64,000 bases of DNA from Escherichia coli (lineage in GTDB: Bacteria; Pseudomonadota; Gammaproteobacteria; Enterobacterales; Enterobacteriaceae), in the NCBI RefSeq assembly GCF_009931435.1, contig NZ_CP043415.1; one strand, given 5' to 3'. Shown here piece after piece: positions 11,334 through 22,197 of this stretch. Within the stretch, counting starts at the first letter, position 1. Every line of letters begins with the position of its first letter. The position numbers and the translations under genes are program-made. Below the pieces are notes generated by a model that had not been told where the DNA came from, ran no database searches, and saw nothing but the letters and a program-made list of their open reading frames with translations.

Positions 11334-14150
11334 TTATTTTTTATGCTGGTAACTCTTTGCTTTCTCTAAAAGCTCTTTCGGACTATCAGCACCAGGTATT
11401 CTTTCCTGAGCCAGCTTTTCTTCATTATATTTATTATTCTGAGTTAATGCTTCTGTTTTATGATGATTTTGTAGTTCAGAATACTGCCCTTTTACAATAT
11501 TTTCCTCGCCTCGGATGCTGTTCTGAGTATCTCCGATATTACCTCGATATTCTGTGACCATATTATCAACCTGATGTTTTACATCATTACGGATATTACT
11601 GTCCTGCGTTCTTTGCTCAATAATGGCCTGATGTCCCTGATGATCAGCAATAATATCCTGGCTGCCACCACCCGAAGGTACGCTCTCCATTCCTTTACCT
11701 ATATCTCTACGGGATTCACGCCAGGTGTTATCAACACCAGGCTGTACCTGTTCCTGCACAAAAGACCACGCCATAGCCCGACGGCGTTCTGCAATCTCCG
11801 GCGAACTGGTATTTGTCAGAATAGCTTCAACATCCTGCGGTGCGTTTTTCATCACATACTGTGCAAACTGTTGCGACAGATCTTCACTCATCTGCCCACT
11901 CATACTCTCAGTACGGGATGCCATTTCAGCATATTCATGGCTGCGGGTCATATTCGTCGTGTACTGGTCGTAACTCTGTTTCGCTGAATTCAGGGCTGCA
12001 GACAACTGATCCACACGGGAATCAGCATTATTGTCAGTATGGCTGCCGGATTCACTGACTTTGCGGCTGGTAAAGTAATCGCTGGCTTCTTTAAAGTCTT
12101 GTGTAGCTCTGGCATCGATATCATGACGAGCATCATGGCTGGCCCGTGAACCACTACTGGCTTCATGTGAGTCAAGATCACTGCCATCAATGCTTGCCTT
12201 AGCTCCGGCCTGGAGACCAACCCCTCCACCGTTACCCAATACACTTATGCCTAAATGCCCTTTAGCATAAGCATCACCGTAAAGGCCAAGCGACGCATTT
12301 GTACTTCTCGAGGCCAGTTCTCTCGTCGCCTGCTCATTACTGATATTATGCGCCTTCGCATAGCTTTCCACTGCACTGCGCATACGGCTGGCCATCATGG
12401 AGTCCTGAGCACTCATCGTGCTGTCAGCACCACCAGTGACAGAGTCACTGCTCCCCCGGTTAGAGCCAAACTGACTGAGTGTGTTCCAGGCACTGGCAAT
12501 ACTGCTGCTGAAACCATGCAGGGCACTTTCGGCTCTGTTCGACGCCTCCCGGGCCATTTCCTGTTGTGCCGCTGCAATCTGACGCGTTGCATTGATACCG
12601 ACCGGTAACCGGGACATCGCTCCGCTTGCATCCATCACCATATTACCGTCACGGGTCTGTGTGGCGGTTGCGCCACTGCCGGTCTGGTACATCATCTGAC
12701 CAAACGACGTGGTGCTGTTGGTGCTCCAGCTGAAGCCGTTCACGTTTTCCGTCTGCATGTTGCCGTAGGAGTAATTACCGTCAACCACACTGCCTGCTGC
12801 ACTGGCCGTTGGACTGATAGATGAAGAGGCGAAGTGGCTGTACACGCTGGAAAAACCTGCGCCAAGGCCTTTTACCATCATCCATGACAACGGGGGGATC
12901 ATGGCTGAAAGATACCCGGCAGTGGAGGCCAGGTCAGAGTATTTCAGCTGTATCTGAGAGAGTTCAGACAACACGACCGGCGCACCATTCTGTTTCGCAT
13001 AGAATGTCATGGCACTGTTCAGAATGGCATACAACAACGGCCAGGTCTGCAGCCACATCAGGGCAAACACATACCCCTTTAATACAGACAATGTCAGCTT
13101 GTTAAAGACAGCCGCCAGTATCAGGAGCGGGAATATACCAATGGCAATCCCCGTCAGGATAGTCTGGACCATCGGCAGGTTTCGCATAGTTACATGACCA
13201 ATGGAGACATGTGCCAGACGTTGTTTCTCCATCGATGACGTGGTGGCCAGACTTACCAGGCTGGCGGTGTCACCGTTACGGGCTGCATTACTGGTGATAC
13301 CCTCTTTCAGGGCATTCATGGTGACGTTCTGGCGCATAATCTGGCTGGCAGACTGACTGGAGCCGTAGAAATAACTGTAACTGTCACTGACCAGTTGTCT
13401 GAATAACAGGTCCGGGTCCGGTCTGCCGCCAAATATCTGCTGCACATAATAATGCCAGGTCTTGCCTCCCGTCTTTGTATCGAGATTCAGCCTGTCTTTC
13501 AGCGTGACCGACGCATCCTTACAAGTTATGAAATTATTATTGTTGTCATAAACGCCCCGTAGCGGGCTGGGGCGGGAAAAAATCAGCGTGTAGGGGTCAG
13601 CGGAGGCCATCAGGTCTTCCAGCGTGTATTTATGATTCAGGTAAATATCACCCAGCACGCAGTTCTGGACGTAGTCCTGGAACAGATTGATGATTTCCGG
13701 ATTCCGGGACAGGAAATCGGTGCTTTTCACAATCAGATTCGCCCCGAACAGCATCCCCGTTTTGCTGTAGGTGACGCTGTCCGGTTGCGTGAAGATCATC
13801 TCGTAACTGGCCACCATTGCATGCCCGATACGGGTCGTCAGTGAAAGTGGCATCGCCAGACCGACCGGCACATTATCCACCCGGTGAACTTTGACCAGGT
13901 CACTGTTATCAATAATCTGCACCGATGTGCGGACATTAACCAGCAGGCTGATAAGCACAAACACGGCCACCCAGCCCAGCAAATCCATCACGTTGTGCCG
14001 CTGTACCCACATTACGGCCACCGCGAGAACAGACAATGTGAGCGCAATTTTTTCAATGGAATCCCACGTCCAGGTTCCCATAAAGGCGGCAATGGCGTTC
14101 AGGTTATTCCGCAACCACTCACCACCGGCAATCACATAAACTTCATTCAC
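11334..14150 (-). CDS. traG: TraG (F-type) mating-pair stabilisation / pilus assembly
   Basis: 938 aa with N-terminal TM region; synteny. Confidence 0.9.
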   Translation of the reverse strand: MNEVYVIAGGEWLRNNLNAIAAFMGTWTWDSIEKIALTLSVLAVAVMWVQRHNVMDLLGWVAVFVLISLLVNVRTSVQIIDNSDLVKVHRVDNVPVGLAMPLSLTTRIGHAMVASYEMIFTQPDSVTYSKTGMLFGANLIVKSTDFLSRNPEIINLFQDYVQNCVLGDIYLNHKYTLEDLMASADPYTLIFSRPSPLRGVYDNNNNFITCKDASVTLKDRLNLDTKTGGKTWHYYVQQIFGGRPDPDLLFRQLVSDSYSYFYGSSQSASQIMRQNVTMNALKEGITSNAARNGDTASLVSLATTSSMEKQRLAHVSIGHVTMRNLPMVQTILTGIAIGIFPLLILAAVFNKLTLSVLKGYVFALMWLQTWPLLYAILNSAMTFYAKQNGAPVVLSELSQIQLKYSDLASTAGYLSAMIPPLSWMMVKGLGAGFSSVYSHFASSSISPTASAAGSVVDGNYSYGNMQTENVNGFSWSTNSTTSFGQMMYQTGSGATATQTRDGNMVMDASGAMSRLPVGINATRQIAAAQQEMAREASNRAESALHGFSSSIASAWNTLSQFGSNRGSSDSVTGGADSTMSAQDSMMASRMRSAVESYAKAHNISNEQATRELASRSTNASLGLYGDAYAKGHLGISVLGNGGGVGLQAGAKASIDGSDLDSHEASSGSRASHDARHDIDARATQDFKEASDYFTSRKVSESGSHTDNNADSRVDQLSAALNSAKQSYDQYTTNMTRSHEYAEMASRTESMSGQMSEDLSQQFAQYVMKNAPQDVEAILTNTSSPEIAERRRAMAWSFVQEQVQPGVDNTWRESRRDIGKGMESVPSGGGSQDIIADHQGHQAIIEQRTQDSNIRNDVKHQVDNMVTEYRGNIGDTQNSIRGEENIVKGQYSELQNHHKTEALTQNNKYNEEKLAQERIPGADSPKELLEKAKSYQHKK

Positions 14151-15520
14151 AGCGTGCTCCCTCCGAAGTGATAGTTGTTCTGGTAACGACTGAGCATGCG
14201 GGCGGAAAGCTGCTGACGCATGTAGCTCATCTGACGATCGACAACCAGCAGCGCATCCTGCTGTACCTGCACCTGTGACTGAAACGCCGCAATCTGCCGG
14301 GTGGCATCATTCATGTTGTCGTTAATATGCCCGATAACCGCTTCGTCATAATTTCCCGTGGCCACCATCGCCCGGGCCTGCTGTATCAGCTCCTGAATGT
14401 ACTGCAGCAGGATGTCGTAACCGATATAGTCCGTCAGCTGGTAAATCATACTGTTGGAAACACCGAGCATCTGCGGGTCAACCAGGTATTTGAAGACGGG
14501 GATGGTGGTACTGGAAATAAAGCCTTTTTCCTTGTCATCCAGAGGCGTGTCACTGACAGCCTTGTTCTGAATGCTGGCCAGAAGTTTAGTAATCTGAGAC
14601 TTCAGTGCATTATCCCGGCTGATGGTCACCGGTGTGTCTGCCACCACTTTCAGGCATTTATCAGAATCGTTGCAGTGATAAATTTTTGCTGTGCCGCCTT
14701 CCATCATGGCCCGGATAATTGAGCGGTCAGTGGTTCTGGCTGACAGCGGTGTGATTTCGCCGTTGGGACCAAACACCAGTGAGCCGGTCAGCGTCATCAC
14801 AAACTCTTTCAGCTCTTTGTTGCCGTCAAACATTCTGTTTTTGGAAAGCGCATTCCACATGATGTTAATGTTTTTGGTCACCCGCTCCTTATCCTTGTCG
14901 CTGGCTTTATCCCTGACGCTGTCAGATTTACCGCCAACGGTACATCCCTGCCGGGAAGCCGCCCAGTCAGCAAAAATATTGCTCTCACCGGCAATGTCCT
15001 GACAGACTTTTTGCTGGGACACCTGCGTCCGGGGGAAAAGCCCGCCGATAATCCCCTGCGCCGCCTGGCAGGAACTGAGGTTCATGCTGTTAATGTCGCT
15101 TGCCATTTTCTGCAGGAAGTCTTTTGCGGTTTTGATTTCCGGCACCGTTGTCTGCAGGGCAAGGTCAAAAAAGTAACCGGCAGCATTACTCATAATCTGC
15201 TTAACAAAACGCTGCAGCTGCTCACCATTAATAAAACTGAACGAACCGAGATAAGCGTCGATGCCGCCACATCCGGCATTGATATCCGGCAGCGTCATGG
15301 AAATCAGCTGAACATTTTTGACCTGAGTACGGGCATACAGGGAGCCGCCGTAAGCATAGCCGGCAGCCTGCCCCTGCCAGACGCCCGGCTGTGTGGTATT
15401 GGAGGCGAAGCCCAGCTTGTTAAAGAACTGATTCATGTCGCTGTTCACATCCGCTGACGCTGCAGGCGTCACCGTCAGTAAGGCGGCACAAAGAATAAAA
15501 AGAGGCTTAATGCGAAGCAT
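14147..15520 (-). CDS. traH: TraH pilus assembly protein
   Basis: 457 aa with signal peptide; synteny. Confidence 0.9.
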   Translation of the reverse strand: MLRIKPLFILCAALLTVTPAASADVNSDMNQFFNKLGFASNTTQPGVWQGQAAGYAYGGSLYARTQVKNVQLISMTLPDINAGCGGIDAYLGSFSFINGEQLQRFVKQIMSNAAGYFFDLALQTTVPEIKTAKDFLQKMASDINSMNLSSCQAAQGIIGGLFPRTQVSQQKVCQDIAGESNIFADWAASRQGCTVGGKSDSVRDKASDKDKERVTKNINIMWNALSKNRMFDGNKELKEFVMTLTGSLVFGPNGEITPLSARTTDRSIIRAMMEGGTAKIYHCNDSDKCLKVVADTPVTISRDNALKSQITKLLASIQNKAVSDTPLDDKEKGFISSTTIPVFKYLVDPQMLGVSNSMIYQLTDYIGYDILLQYIQELIQQARAMVATGNYDEAVIGHINDNMNDATRQIAAFQSQVQVQQDALLVVDRQMSYMRQQLSARMLSRYQNNYHFGGSTL

Positions 15521-15932
15521 TATTGCTGCCCTCCCTTAATGTGTTCTCCCGGCGCATACGGCGTTTCAACAGGAATATCCCGATATTTCCGTATATTAAT
15601 TCGTACATTGGGAACAGAAAAAATGTAACAAGAAACCCGACTGCAAGCGCATATAACGCATACGGAATGACATATATCAGGATATTCCACATATAAATCG
15701 AATTATTTAATTCTTGGTCCATTTTCCACGAATCAATACAGGCATCAAAAATAATATTCATAGCTGTCCATAAAACAATTCCGGCAGTCAGAAATACCAG
15801 AGGCAATCCAGCATACCTGTCAGTAATTCTGGAAATGTATTTATAATCTCGTTCTGTACTTCTGATTTTGAGTTCAGGATTATTTTTATTTTCTCTCATT
15901 ATAAGTTCCCTCTGATATTTCCGATAATTCAT
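15507..15932 (-). CDS. trbF: TrbF (small membrane protein); true start probably internal
   Basis: Position between trbJ and traH; hydrophobic. Confidence 0.55.
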   Translation of the reverse strand: MNYRKYQRELIMRENKNNPELKIRSTERDYKYISRITDRYAGLPLVFLTAGIVLWTAMNIIFDACIDSWKMDQELNNSIYMWNILIYVIPYALYALAVGFLVTFFLFPMYELIYGNIGIFLLKRRMRRENTLREGSNNASH

Positions 15933-16260
15933 TCAGACCAGTCCTGCGGCTGTAATATATTTCAGACACCGAAATCCATCCCACAATTGCCCCCACAAAA
16001 AACACAACAGAAACAGAAAAGGTAAGGCACAGCGAAACGACAATTTCTACAGGGCTGGCGGGATAAAAAAGCCCCTGATGGATAAAGGGGATATTCAGGC
16101 TGACGATTATTCCCGTCGCGATGCCGGATATTCCGGCAATGAGTAACACCACCTGCTTATTTCGCACCTTTTTTCCCTCCGTACATCTGCAGAACGGTAT
16201 CCATCCGCGCCATAAAACCGGCGGCATCCGTTGCCCCCTGTAAAAGCGGTAATGCCTCAA
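15886..16260 (-). CDS. trbJ: TrbJ; true start probably near 16164 (about 93 aa)
   Basis: Position after trbB; hydrophobic small ORF; track ORF overlaps trbB 3' end. Confidence 0.5.
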   Translation of the reverse strand: MRHYRFYRGQRMPPVLWRGWIPFCRCTEGKKVRNKQVVLLIAGISGIATGIIVSLNIPFIHQGLFYPASPVEIVVSLCLTFSVSVVFFVGAIVGWISVSEIYYSRRTGLNELSEISEGTYNERK

Positions 16261-16702
16261 GCGTGTTGACGTTGACCAGGAAGGTGGTCGGTGTGGCCAC
16301 CGGAATATTCGGGAAGAAGGTCTGCATCACGTCCGGTGGCACCGGTAATGCTTCCGGAAAGGCGGTATCCCCCTGACCATCCAGGGTGTAGGGAAAAACG
16401 GAAAAGCCGTACTGCTGTGCCAGCTGCTTCAGTACCGGGTCAAACTGGTGACAGTAAGGGCAATGCCCCTGCATAAACAGCACCACCTTCCAGTCGGCCA
16501 GGTTAACCTGCCTGCCATTACTGAGGCGGAACCAGCGGGGAGCCGGCTTTGCTGTCCTGGCTGACGTGCCTGCTGCCGGTTGTGCAGGCTGCGTAGCCAT
16601 ACCCTGCGGATTCCAGAGTCGCTCTATTTCATCCCGGGTGGAGGCCTGCACAGCAGCGGCGCTCAGCAACAGGGTGAACAGCAGTGATTTAGTGAGAGAC
16701 AT
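16157..16702 (-). CDS. trbB: TrbB periplasmic thioredoxin-like disulfide isomerase
   Basis: 181 aa; signal peptide; CPYC active-site motif. Confidence 0.85.
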   Translation of the reverse strand: MSLTKSLLFTLLLSAAAVQASTRDEIERLWNPQGMATQPAQPAAGTSARTAKPAPRWFRLSNGRQVNLADWKVVLFMQGHCPYCHQFDPVLKQLAQQYGFSVFPYTLDGQGDTAFPEALPVPPDVMQTFFPNIPVATPTTFLVNVNTLEALPLLQGATDAAGFMARMDTVLQMYGGKKGAK

Positions 16703-16973
16703 GTCCGCCCTCCTGCTGCCCTTCCATCATGGCCTGTTGCCTGGCTTCCAGTGCCTCACGCTCTTCCCGGCTGACACGGGCAATCCATGCATCCAGCACC
16801 TGGTATGCGCCGAACAGTACGAGAATGGCCGCAATCAGCTCCGCCAGAAAAAAAGCCATCCAGGGTTTGCTGTAAACAAGACGGGCGACGATATGAAACC
16901 AGACACCCAGGGAAAATACCCACATTCCCGTAATATCAAGCCGGGGTAAAGAGAATCTGCGTTTACTTATCAT
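16689..16973 (-). CDS. traQ: TraQ pilin chaperone
   Basis: 94 aa membrane ORF, same length as F TraQ; synteny. Confidence 0.7.
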   Translation of the reverse strand: MISKRRFSLPRLDITGMWVFSLGVWFHIVARLVYSKPWMAFFLAELIAAILVLFGAYQVLDAWIARVSREEREALEARQQAMMEGQQEGGHVSH

Positions 16974-17053
16974 GTTAAACTCCGGTTATTATTTACATGA
17001 GAGTATTCATGTCTGTAATATTCGCGTTTGTGTGATATTAATCAGAGGTACAA

Positions 17054-17368
17054 ATGGAAAAGCGATCTTTTAAAGAAAAACTGGAAATAATCAGAAACAT
17101 AATAAGAGAGTCGTTACTGGGAAATGCGGCAATTATTGCGCTGATATATGCAGCATCACATTCATTACCGGTCAATGCCTTCCCTGACTATCTTGTAATA
17201 AGTTTATTAAGTATCGCAGCAGTCATCGTTGTATTATGGTTATTTTCAATTATCTATATTTATTTTTGTGAGCTATTCAGAAGCCACTGGATTGCGGTAT
17301 GGTTTATCATATGGTCTTCAGTAATCAACCTCATTATTTTGTATGGTTTTTATGACCATTTTATATGA
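17054..17368 (+). CDS. artA: ArtA (anti-tra-strand ORF)
   Basis: 104 aa hydrophobic ORF on the opposite strand exactly between traQ and trbA, as in F. Confidence 0.55.
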   Translation: MEKRSFKEKLEIIRNIIRESLLGNAAIIALIYAASHSLPVNAFPDYLVISLLSIAAVIVVLWLFSIIYIYFCELFRSHWIAVWFIIWSSVINLIILYGFYDHFI

Positions 17369-17369
17369 C

Positions 17370-17717
17370 TTAGCCTGTCATAAGCCCCCTTATAAAAAAC
17401 CACATCACTCCGGACCATACCGATGACAACACAATACAGATAAATATTCTTCTGAACCTGTCGAAGCTCGTAACGTCCGGTAATGCGGCCGCAACTATTG
17501 AAACAACCAGTGCTGCGCCCTGACTCATAATTGCACCACACAGAAACCAGAGACTGGCGGTAAGCACATATAAACACGCGATATTAATAACAAGGAAAAC
17601 CAGTGAGCTCAGGAGAAACATTTTCCTGTCATTACGCTCAGAAAAGAAATAACCGGCAATAATGACAAACATTAACAGAACAACACCTGTAAACATTTTC
17701 AAATAATCTTCACTCAT
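17370..17717 (-). CDS. trbA: TrbA
   Basis: 115 aa membrane ORF, same length as F TrbA; position. Confidence 0.6.
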   Translation of the reverse strand: MSEDYLKMFTGVVLLMFVIIAGYFFSERNDRKMFLLSSLVFLVINIACLYVLTASLWFLCGAIMSQGAALVVSIVAAALPDVTSFDRFRRIFICIVLSSVWSGVMWFFIRGLMTG

Positions 17718-17732
17718 AAATCAAATCCGCGA

Positions 17733-18506
17733 TTAAAAATTGGGTTTAAAATCTTCAGAAACGTTCAGGAACTGTTTTGCCAGGTCGTCCTGCGAAATAA
17801 AGCCGTATGATAACGGGCGAACACTGCCCTGTTTCGGGTCAACCAGCATCATGGCCGGGAAATATTTCACGCCGAGGCGCTGCGCCTGCCCCTGGTCAGT
17901 CCGGGAATCCGGCAACAGCGGATTAATCACGCCATCCACGGAAACGGGAATAACACTCAGACCATACGTATCCCGGAAGCCATTAATGACCTGCGCCAGT
18001 TGCCCGTCGATGGGGTCCTGCCCCCGGTAAAAAAACATGATGCCGTAGTGTTCAGCCAGTTTCGCAATGGCCTGTCGCTGCTGCGCCTGGTCTGCTGCCA
18101 GCTGGTTCCGTACCGTGCCGTTGTAATGGCTGTACTGCAGGTTATAGTCCAGTTCAGGATGTGCCAGCATGGCCTTTCTGGCGCTCATGGTGAAAAGCCC
18201 GGCCTGCTGAGTCCAGTAATTTTGCAGCCGGAAATATTTCACAAAATTATCCACGCCGGGATACAGAATGGCTTCGTACAGCGCCCGCTTTGTTGCCGTC
18301 TGCAGTGCGGCCAGTTTCTGCATAATATCCGGTTCCTGACGGGGGGCTGCAGGTACAGGTTTATTTTCTTTTTCCTTCGGATTTATTTTCTCGTTATACC
18401 ACTGCCAGCCTGCATCTTTTCCTGACGCCGGAAAGATAAAGCAGCAGAGTAACAGTGGCAGTAATGCTTTATTCATCTTCATTCCTTTCATCACTTTTTC
18501 TTTCAT
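17733..18506 (-). CDS. traF: TraF thioredoxin-fold pilus assembly protein
   Basis: 257 aa ORF with signal peptide (true start probably a few codons internal); synteny. Confidence 0.9.
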   Translation of the reverse strand: MKEKVMKGMKMNKALLPLLLCCFIFPASGKDAGWQWYNEKINPKEKENKPVPAAPRQEPDIMQKLAALQTATKRALYEAILYPGVDNFVKYFRLQNYWTQQAGLFTMSARKAMLAHPELDYNLQYSHYNGTVRNQLAADQAQQRQAIAKLAEHYGIMFFYRGQDPIDGQLAQVINGFRDTYGLSVIPVSVDGVINPLLPDSRTDQGQAQRLGVKYFPAMMLVDPKQGSVRPLSYGFISQDDLAKQFLNVSEDFKPNF

Positions 18507-18729
18507 CAGGTTTCTGCAGGTCAGTCAGGGCAGAAAAACAAAAATACAGAATAAACAGGAGCACACCGGAGTAAAGGATAACGAAAGCAGCGGCAAGCAT
18601 CCCGTCTGCCGTGGTTTCTTTTACCGTATCCCACGACCAGATAATTACCGGAGAAATGACAATCGCTGTAATCAAAAGCCGGATAAGAAAATCAATAAAA
18701 CGGTTCGACGTGAATATGACTTTCATCAT
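18469..18729 (-). CDS. trbE: TrbE
   Basis: 86 aa membrane ORF between traN and traF. Confidence 0.55.
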   Translation of the reverse strand: MMKVIFTSNRFIDFLIRLLITAIVISPVIIWSWDTVKETTADGMLAAAFVILYSGVLLFILYFCFSALTDLQKPDERKSDERNEDE

Positions 18730-18752
18730 TTCCCCCGGTTATTTCCCATACC

Positions 18753-20561
18753 TTACTGTCCTGCCTGTTTCAGCTGGTCAGCAATCTGCTCTTTCACTTT
18801 CTGCGTCAGAACGCCACTGTCCGGGATTTTCTGGTTATTCATCAGGTCTTCGTAGAAGTTAGTGAAATCCAGTCTGTTGAACTGAATTTTCTGCAGCTCA
18901 TCAACCGTAATCCCCCGACAGTCAGGATGCTTCGCACTACCAAAACTGATACGCAACTGACCGTTGCGCCCCTGCTGCTGGACTATCTGCGCCAGCTTCG
19001 AATCAAACTGACAGTAGCTGCGTTTTTTCTCCAGACAGACACCCAGCACTTTCTTCGAACAGAACTCCCCGACGCTGACGGTCAGTTTGTTTGATTTTGC
19101 TTTAGCCAGGGCCTTTTCATCACTGCTGCATTTGGCCAGCCCGATATCCTGTCCCCAGCCGCTGTCCTTACAGCAGTTGCTGTATCCGGCTGCAGCCTTC
19201 TTACAAAATTTCGCCTGACCGGTGAAAGCACGGACATCCACCCCGTTCAGCGCCGCAACATCCTTACCTGCTGCGGCCAGTGCCGCCAGCTGAGAAACGG
19301 CTTCGGCAAAATCATTACTCTGCCCGCTCTGAGCCTTATCGCATTCGCCATCGAGACAGAAGACGTCTCCCCCACAGACCATCACTTTCCCGGATGTTTT
19401 TGACTCACAGGAGTACGTGGCATATTCATGCAGACAGGCACCTTCTTCGGAGTAAAAGGCACACTGGTGTGACACCAGGGTACAGGCAGGATTGTCGGTG
19501 TAGGTCTGACAGGTTCCCTTGTCTGCTGACTGCGTGACATACGTGTCCCGGTATGCCCAGCAGCTCTGGTACATGCTGTATGACTGACCGTCTTTCACCA
19601 GCGTCCTGTTCCCGCCAGCCTCCGTACATTCTGTTTTTGTCAGTTTCCCCAGCTCCTTGCTGAACGGGCAGCTTTCAGACCAGACAACATACGGGGTGTA
19701 CGAGGCTTTTTTTACCCTGACAACCAGACGCAGCTTCATTGCCGTATGACGTTTGAATTTTGTATTCCCGACCCGGACGGGGTGAGATGACGTAAAAGCC
19801 ACACCGGCAGTCAGTGTTTTCTGTACTGGTGTAAATGAGGCATCTGCTGAGTATTTGGCATTCCAGCTCAGTGGGGTTCCCAGTACTGTAATTGTCATAG
19901 GTACACTCTTCTGCAGGTAAGTACGACTCCAGCTGTAATGCGCATCGACAATTTCACCGGTAACGGGAGAGGTAATGGAGACAACATACTGACCATTCAC
20001 TTCACGTGCAGGTAGCTGACTCATTTCATACTCCAGCGTCCGGGTTTCCCATGTGGTACTCCCCTGCAGCTCCATACGGGCAGTTCGTGTGCAGTACTGC
20101 TCCACCTGTAAATCCCGCTCACAGGTGTAATTCGTGTATTCACTCCTGCTAATCTCCTGCGCACTGCACTGCTGCCCGGTGTTTCCCACAATGCTGTCAG
20201 CCCGGTTCACCACATCCCTGCCGGTCTGGATAAACGGTGCATCCGGTGAAAGAATGTCTTTCGGCTTGTTCATGAATGACTCTGTAATGGTTTTTCCGGT
20301 TTCACCGGTCGCCCATTCCGTGGTGCCGTCATTTTTCAGGCCGCCATCCCCGCCGGCAGTCACGCCACCGTAATATTTTGTCTCGTCCGGATTCGCGTTA
20401 TAGCCGGGGATACTCTCCTGTGGCTTAAAGCCCTGAATACTGCTGCTTCCCTGCCCTTTGATCTGGTGAGCAAAATCAGAACCGGCCCGGTAATCACTGT
20501 TGCTGTCAGCCTGTGCCATGCCGGCAACCAGAGCCAGTATCAGAGGTAAAATACGTTTCAT
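18753..20561 (-). CDS. traN: TraN outer-membrane mating-pair stabilisation protein
   Basis: 602 aa, Cys-rich C-terminal half, signal peptide. Confidence 0.92.
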   Translation of the reverse strand: MKRILPLILALVAGMAQADSNSDYRAGSDFAHQIKGQGSSSIQGFKPQESIPGYNANPDETKYYGGVTAGGDGGLKNDGTTEWATGETGKTITESFMNKPKDILSPDAPFIQTGRDVVNRADSIVGNTGQQCSAQEISRSEYTNYTCERDLQVEQYCTRTARMELQGSTTWETRTLEYEMSQLPAREVNGQYVVSITSPVTGEIVDAHYSWSRTYLQKSVPMTITVLGTPLSWNAKYSADASFTPVQKTLTAGVAFTSSHPVRVGNTKFKRHTAMKLRLVVRVKKASYTPYVVWSESCPFSKELGKLTKTECTEAGGNRTLVKDGQSYSMYQSCWAYRDTYVTQSADKGTCQTYTDNPACTLVSHQCAFYSEEGACLHEYATYSCESKTSGKVMVCGGDVFCLDGECDKAQSGQSNDFAEAVSQLAALAAAGKDVAALNGVDVRAFTGQAKFCKKAAAGYSNCCKDSGWGQDIGLAKCSSDEKALAKAKSNKLTVSVGEFCSKKVLGVCLEKKRSYCQFDSKLAQIVQQQGRNGQLRISFGSAKHPDCRGITVDELQKIQFNRLDFTNFYEDLMNNQKIPDSGVLTQKVKEQIADQLKQAGQ

Positions 20562-21199
20562 TTCCCGGAATCTCCTTTCCCTGCCAGTAAATCATGAGCC
20601 ACCTGCCGGCAGTCACCCGTGGCGGCCACTTTCTCCAGCGCCTGGCCGACCCGCAGGTTTCCCCGGATGATGTCGTATCCCTGACTGCAGAACACCACCA
20701 GTGCCGGTACAGTGCGAATGCCGTACTGTGAAAACAGCGTCGGGTCGATCTGAACACCATCAGTCGCGCCGTCTTTCACCAGGGACAACACAGCTTCAGC
20801 GGTGGTCTTCAGGTCATTGTTCACCATGCCCCGCAGTGTGGCCGGAATACCGTAGTGCCGGGTTTCGCCCAGCATTCGTTTCAGCCCCTCTTCGGGAATG
20901 GAAAACGACACAAAATACAGAGCACCCTGCCGGGGTTTCCCGTCCTGCGAAGCCTGCTGTTTACGAACCAGCTCATCCAGGAAATGGTTATCTGAACGCT
21001 GAAGGGGGTTTTCCAGCACCTGTTTCTCCGCCCAGGCTTTCAGCTGATGGTCAGGTTTTTCACGCAGTTGTCTGCTTAAATTTTCCTGCTGCTTCAGGAA
21101 CTGGCGGTTTTCAGGAGTGTTCACGTTTTCTGACGCCATAACCGCCCCGTTCAGCATCATCAGCAGTGCTGCCAGAGATTTCATACTCAGCTTCATCAT
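20558..21199 (-). CDS. trbC: TrbC pilus assembly protein
   Basis: 213 aa with signal peptide; synteny. Confidence 0.85.
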   Translation of the reverse strand: MMKLSMKSLAALLMMLNGAVMASENVNTPENRQFLKQQENLSRQLREKPDHQLKAWAEKQVLENPLQRSDNHFLDELVRKQQASQDGKPRQGALYFVSFSIPEEGLKRMLGETRHYGIPATLRGMVNNDLKTTAEAVLSLVKDGATDGVQIDPTLFSQYGIRTVPALVVFCSQGYDIIRGNLRVGQALEKVAATGDCRQVAHDLLAGKGDSGK

Positions 21200-21204
21200 T
21201 CACC

Positions 21205-22197
21205 TCACAGGAAGACACAGTTACGTTTACGCCACATCAGGTAGCCGAAGTTTTTCTTTGTGTTGGGCGGATTTTTCCCGGTTTCCCAGCGGGTCACGCT
21301 GCGCCCGAACGGGTGGCACTGCCCGCTGTCCGGGTACATATTCACCATCTGGTAACGCCAGCGTTCTTTGGGCAGGATTGGGGACGGATATTCATTACAG
21401 ACGGCGTTATTTTTCCCGATGGTTTCCATAATCATGCCCTGACGGTGCAGCTTGAACGCCATGCGTTCACTGACCAGCAGGGAGGACTGCAACGGACTGG
21501 ACTCATTACTCACCCAGCCATTGAACGGGTACATACTGCCCTGCGAACCGGCACACCAGAACAGAACATCGAGAGGCATATTAAAGGCGCTGGCAATCGC
21601 ATCTGCTGCACAGGCCCCCTGTGCTATCGGATTGGCAAAGATGACAGCTTCCGGATTGAGAATGGTGGTCAGGCTGCTGTCCGTCCAGGTGGGGTCGATT
21701 TCAGAAAGATAAGCGATATCCAGGTCACCACCTTCCAGACAGCCCAGCGATGTGATGATGTTAAGCCAGTACGTCAGCGGGTATTTGTACCAGTGAACGT
21801 GATAGAACGCCCCGTTCACCTGCTTCTCATCCTTTTTCGCCGTTCCCTGTGCCGTTTTACCAAAAGCCGGCAGGCTGAAGCCCAGGTTCACCATGCATCC
21901 CGGTGATCGGGTGACGTCCGTCAGCGCCATCGGCTCCCAGTAACCAATGGCCAGCCCGATACGCCTGAACAGCGGCGGCGGTGCCGGACAAATCTGAATG
22001 GGCATCGACGGGTTCGCCGTGTCGGGGACCTTACCCTGACTGACTTTGATACTGCCCAGCGAGAGCGGGAAAATACAGCTCCAGCAGATATCCGTGATCG
22101 GGTTTACAAAACGCCCCTCACAGGCAGAATCCGCAGACGCTGCAGGGACATGACCGGCGAGAAGGAATAACATCAGCAGCCACAGGCTTCGCTTCAT
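21205..22197 (-). CDS. traU: TraU pilus assembly protein
   Basis: 330 aa with signal peptide; synteny. Confidence 0.92.
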   Translation of the reverse strand: MKRSLWLLMLFLLAGHVPAASADSACEGRFVNPITDICWSCIFPLSLGSIKVSQGKVPDTANPSMPIQICPAPPPLFRRIGLAIGYWEPMALTDVTRSPGCMVNLGFSLPAFGKTAQGTAKKDEKQVNGAFYHVHWYKYPLTYWLNIITSLGCLEGGDLDIAYLSEIDPTWTDSSLTTILNPEAVIFANPIAQGACAADAIASAFNMPLDVLFWCAGSQGSMYPFNGWVSNESSPLQSSLLVSERMAFKLHRQGMIMETIGKNNAVCNEYPSPILPKERWRYQMVNMYPDSGQCHPFGRSVTRWETGKNPPNTKKNFGYLMWRKRNCVFL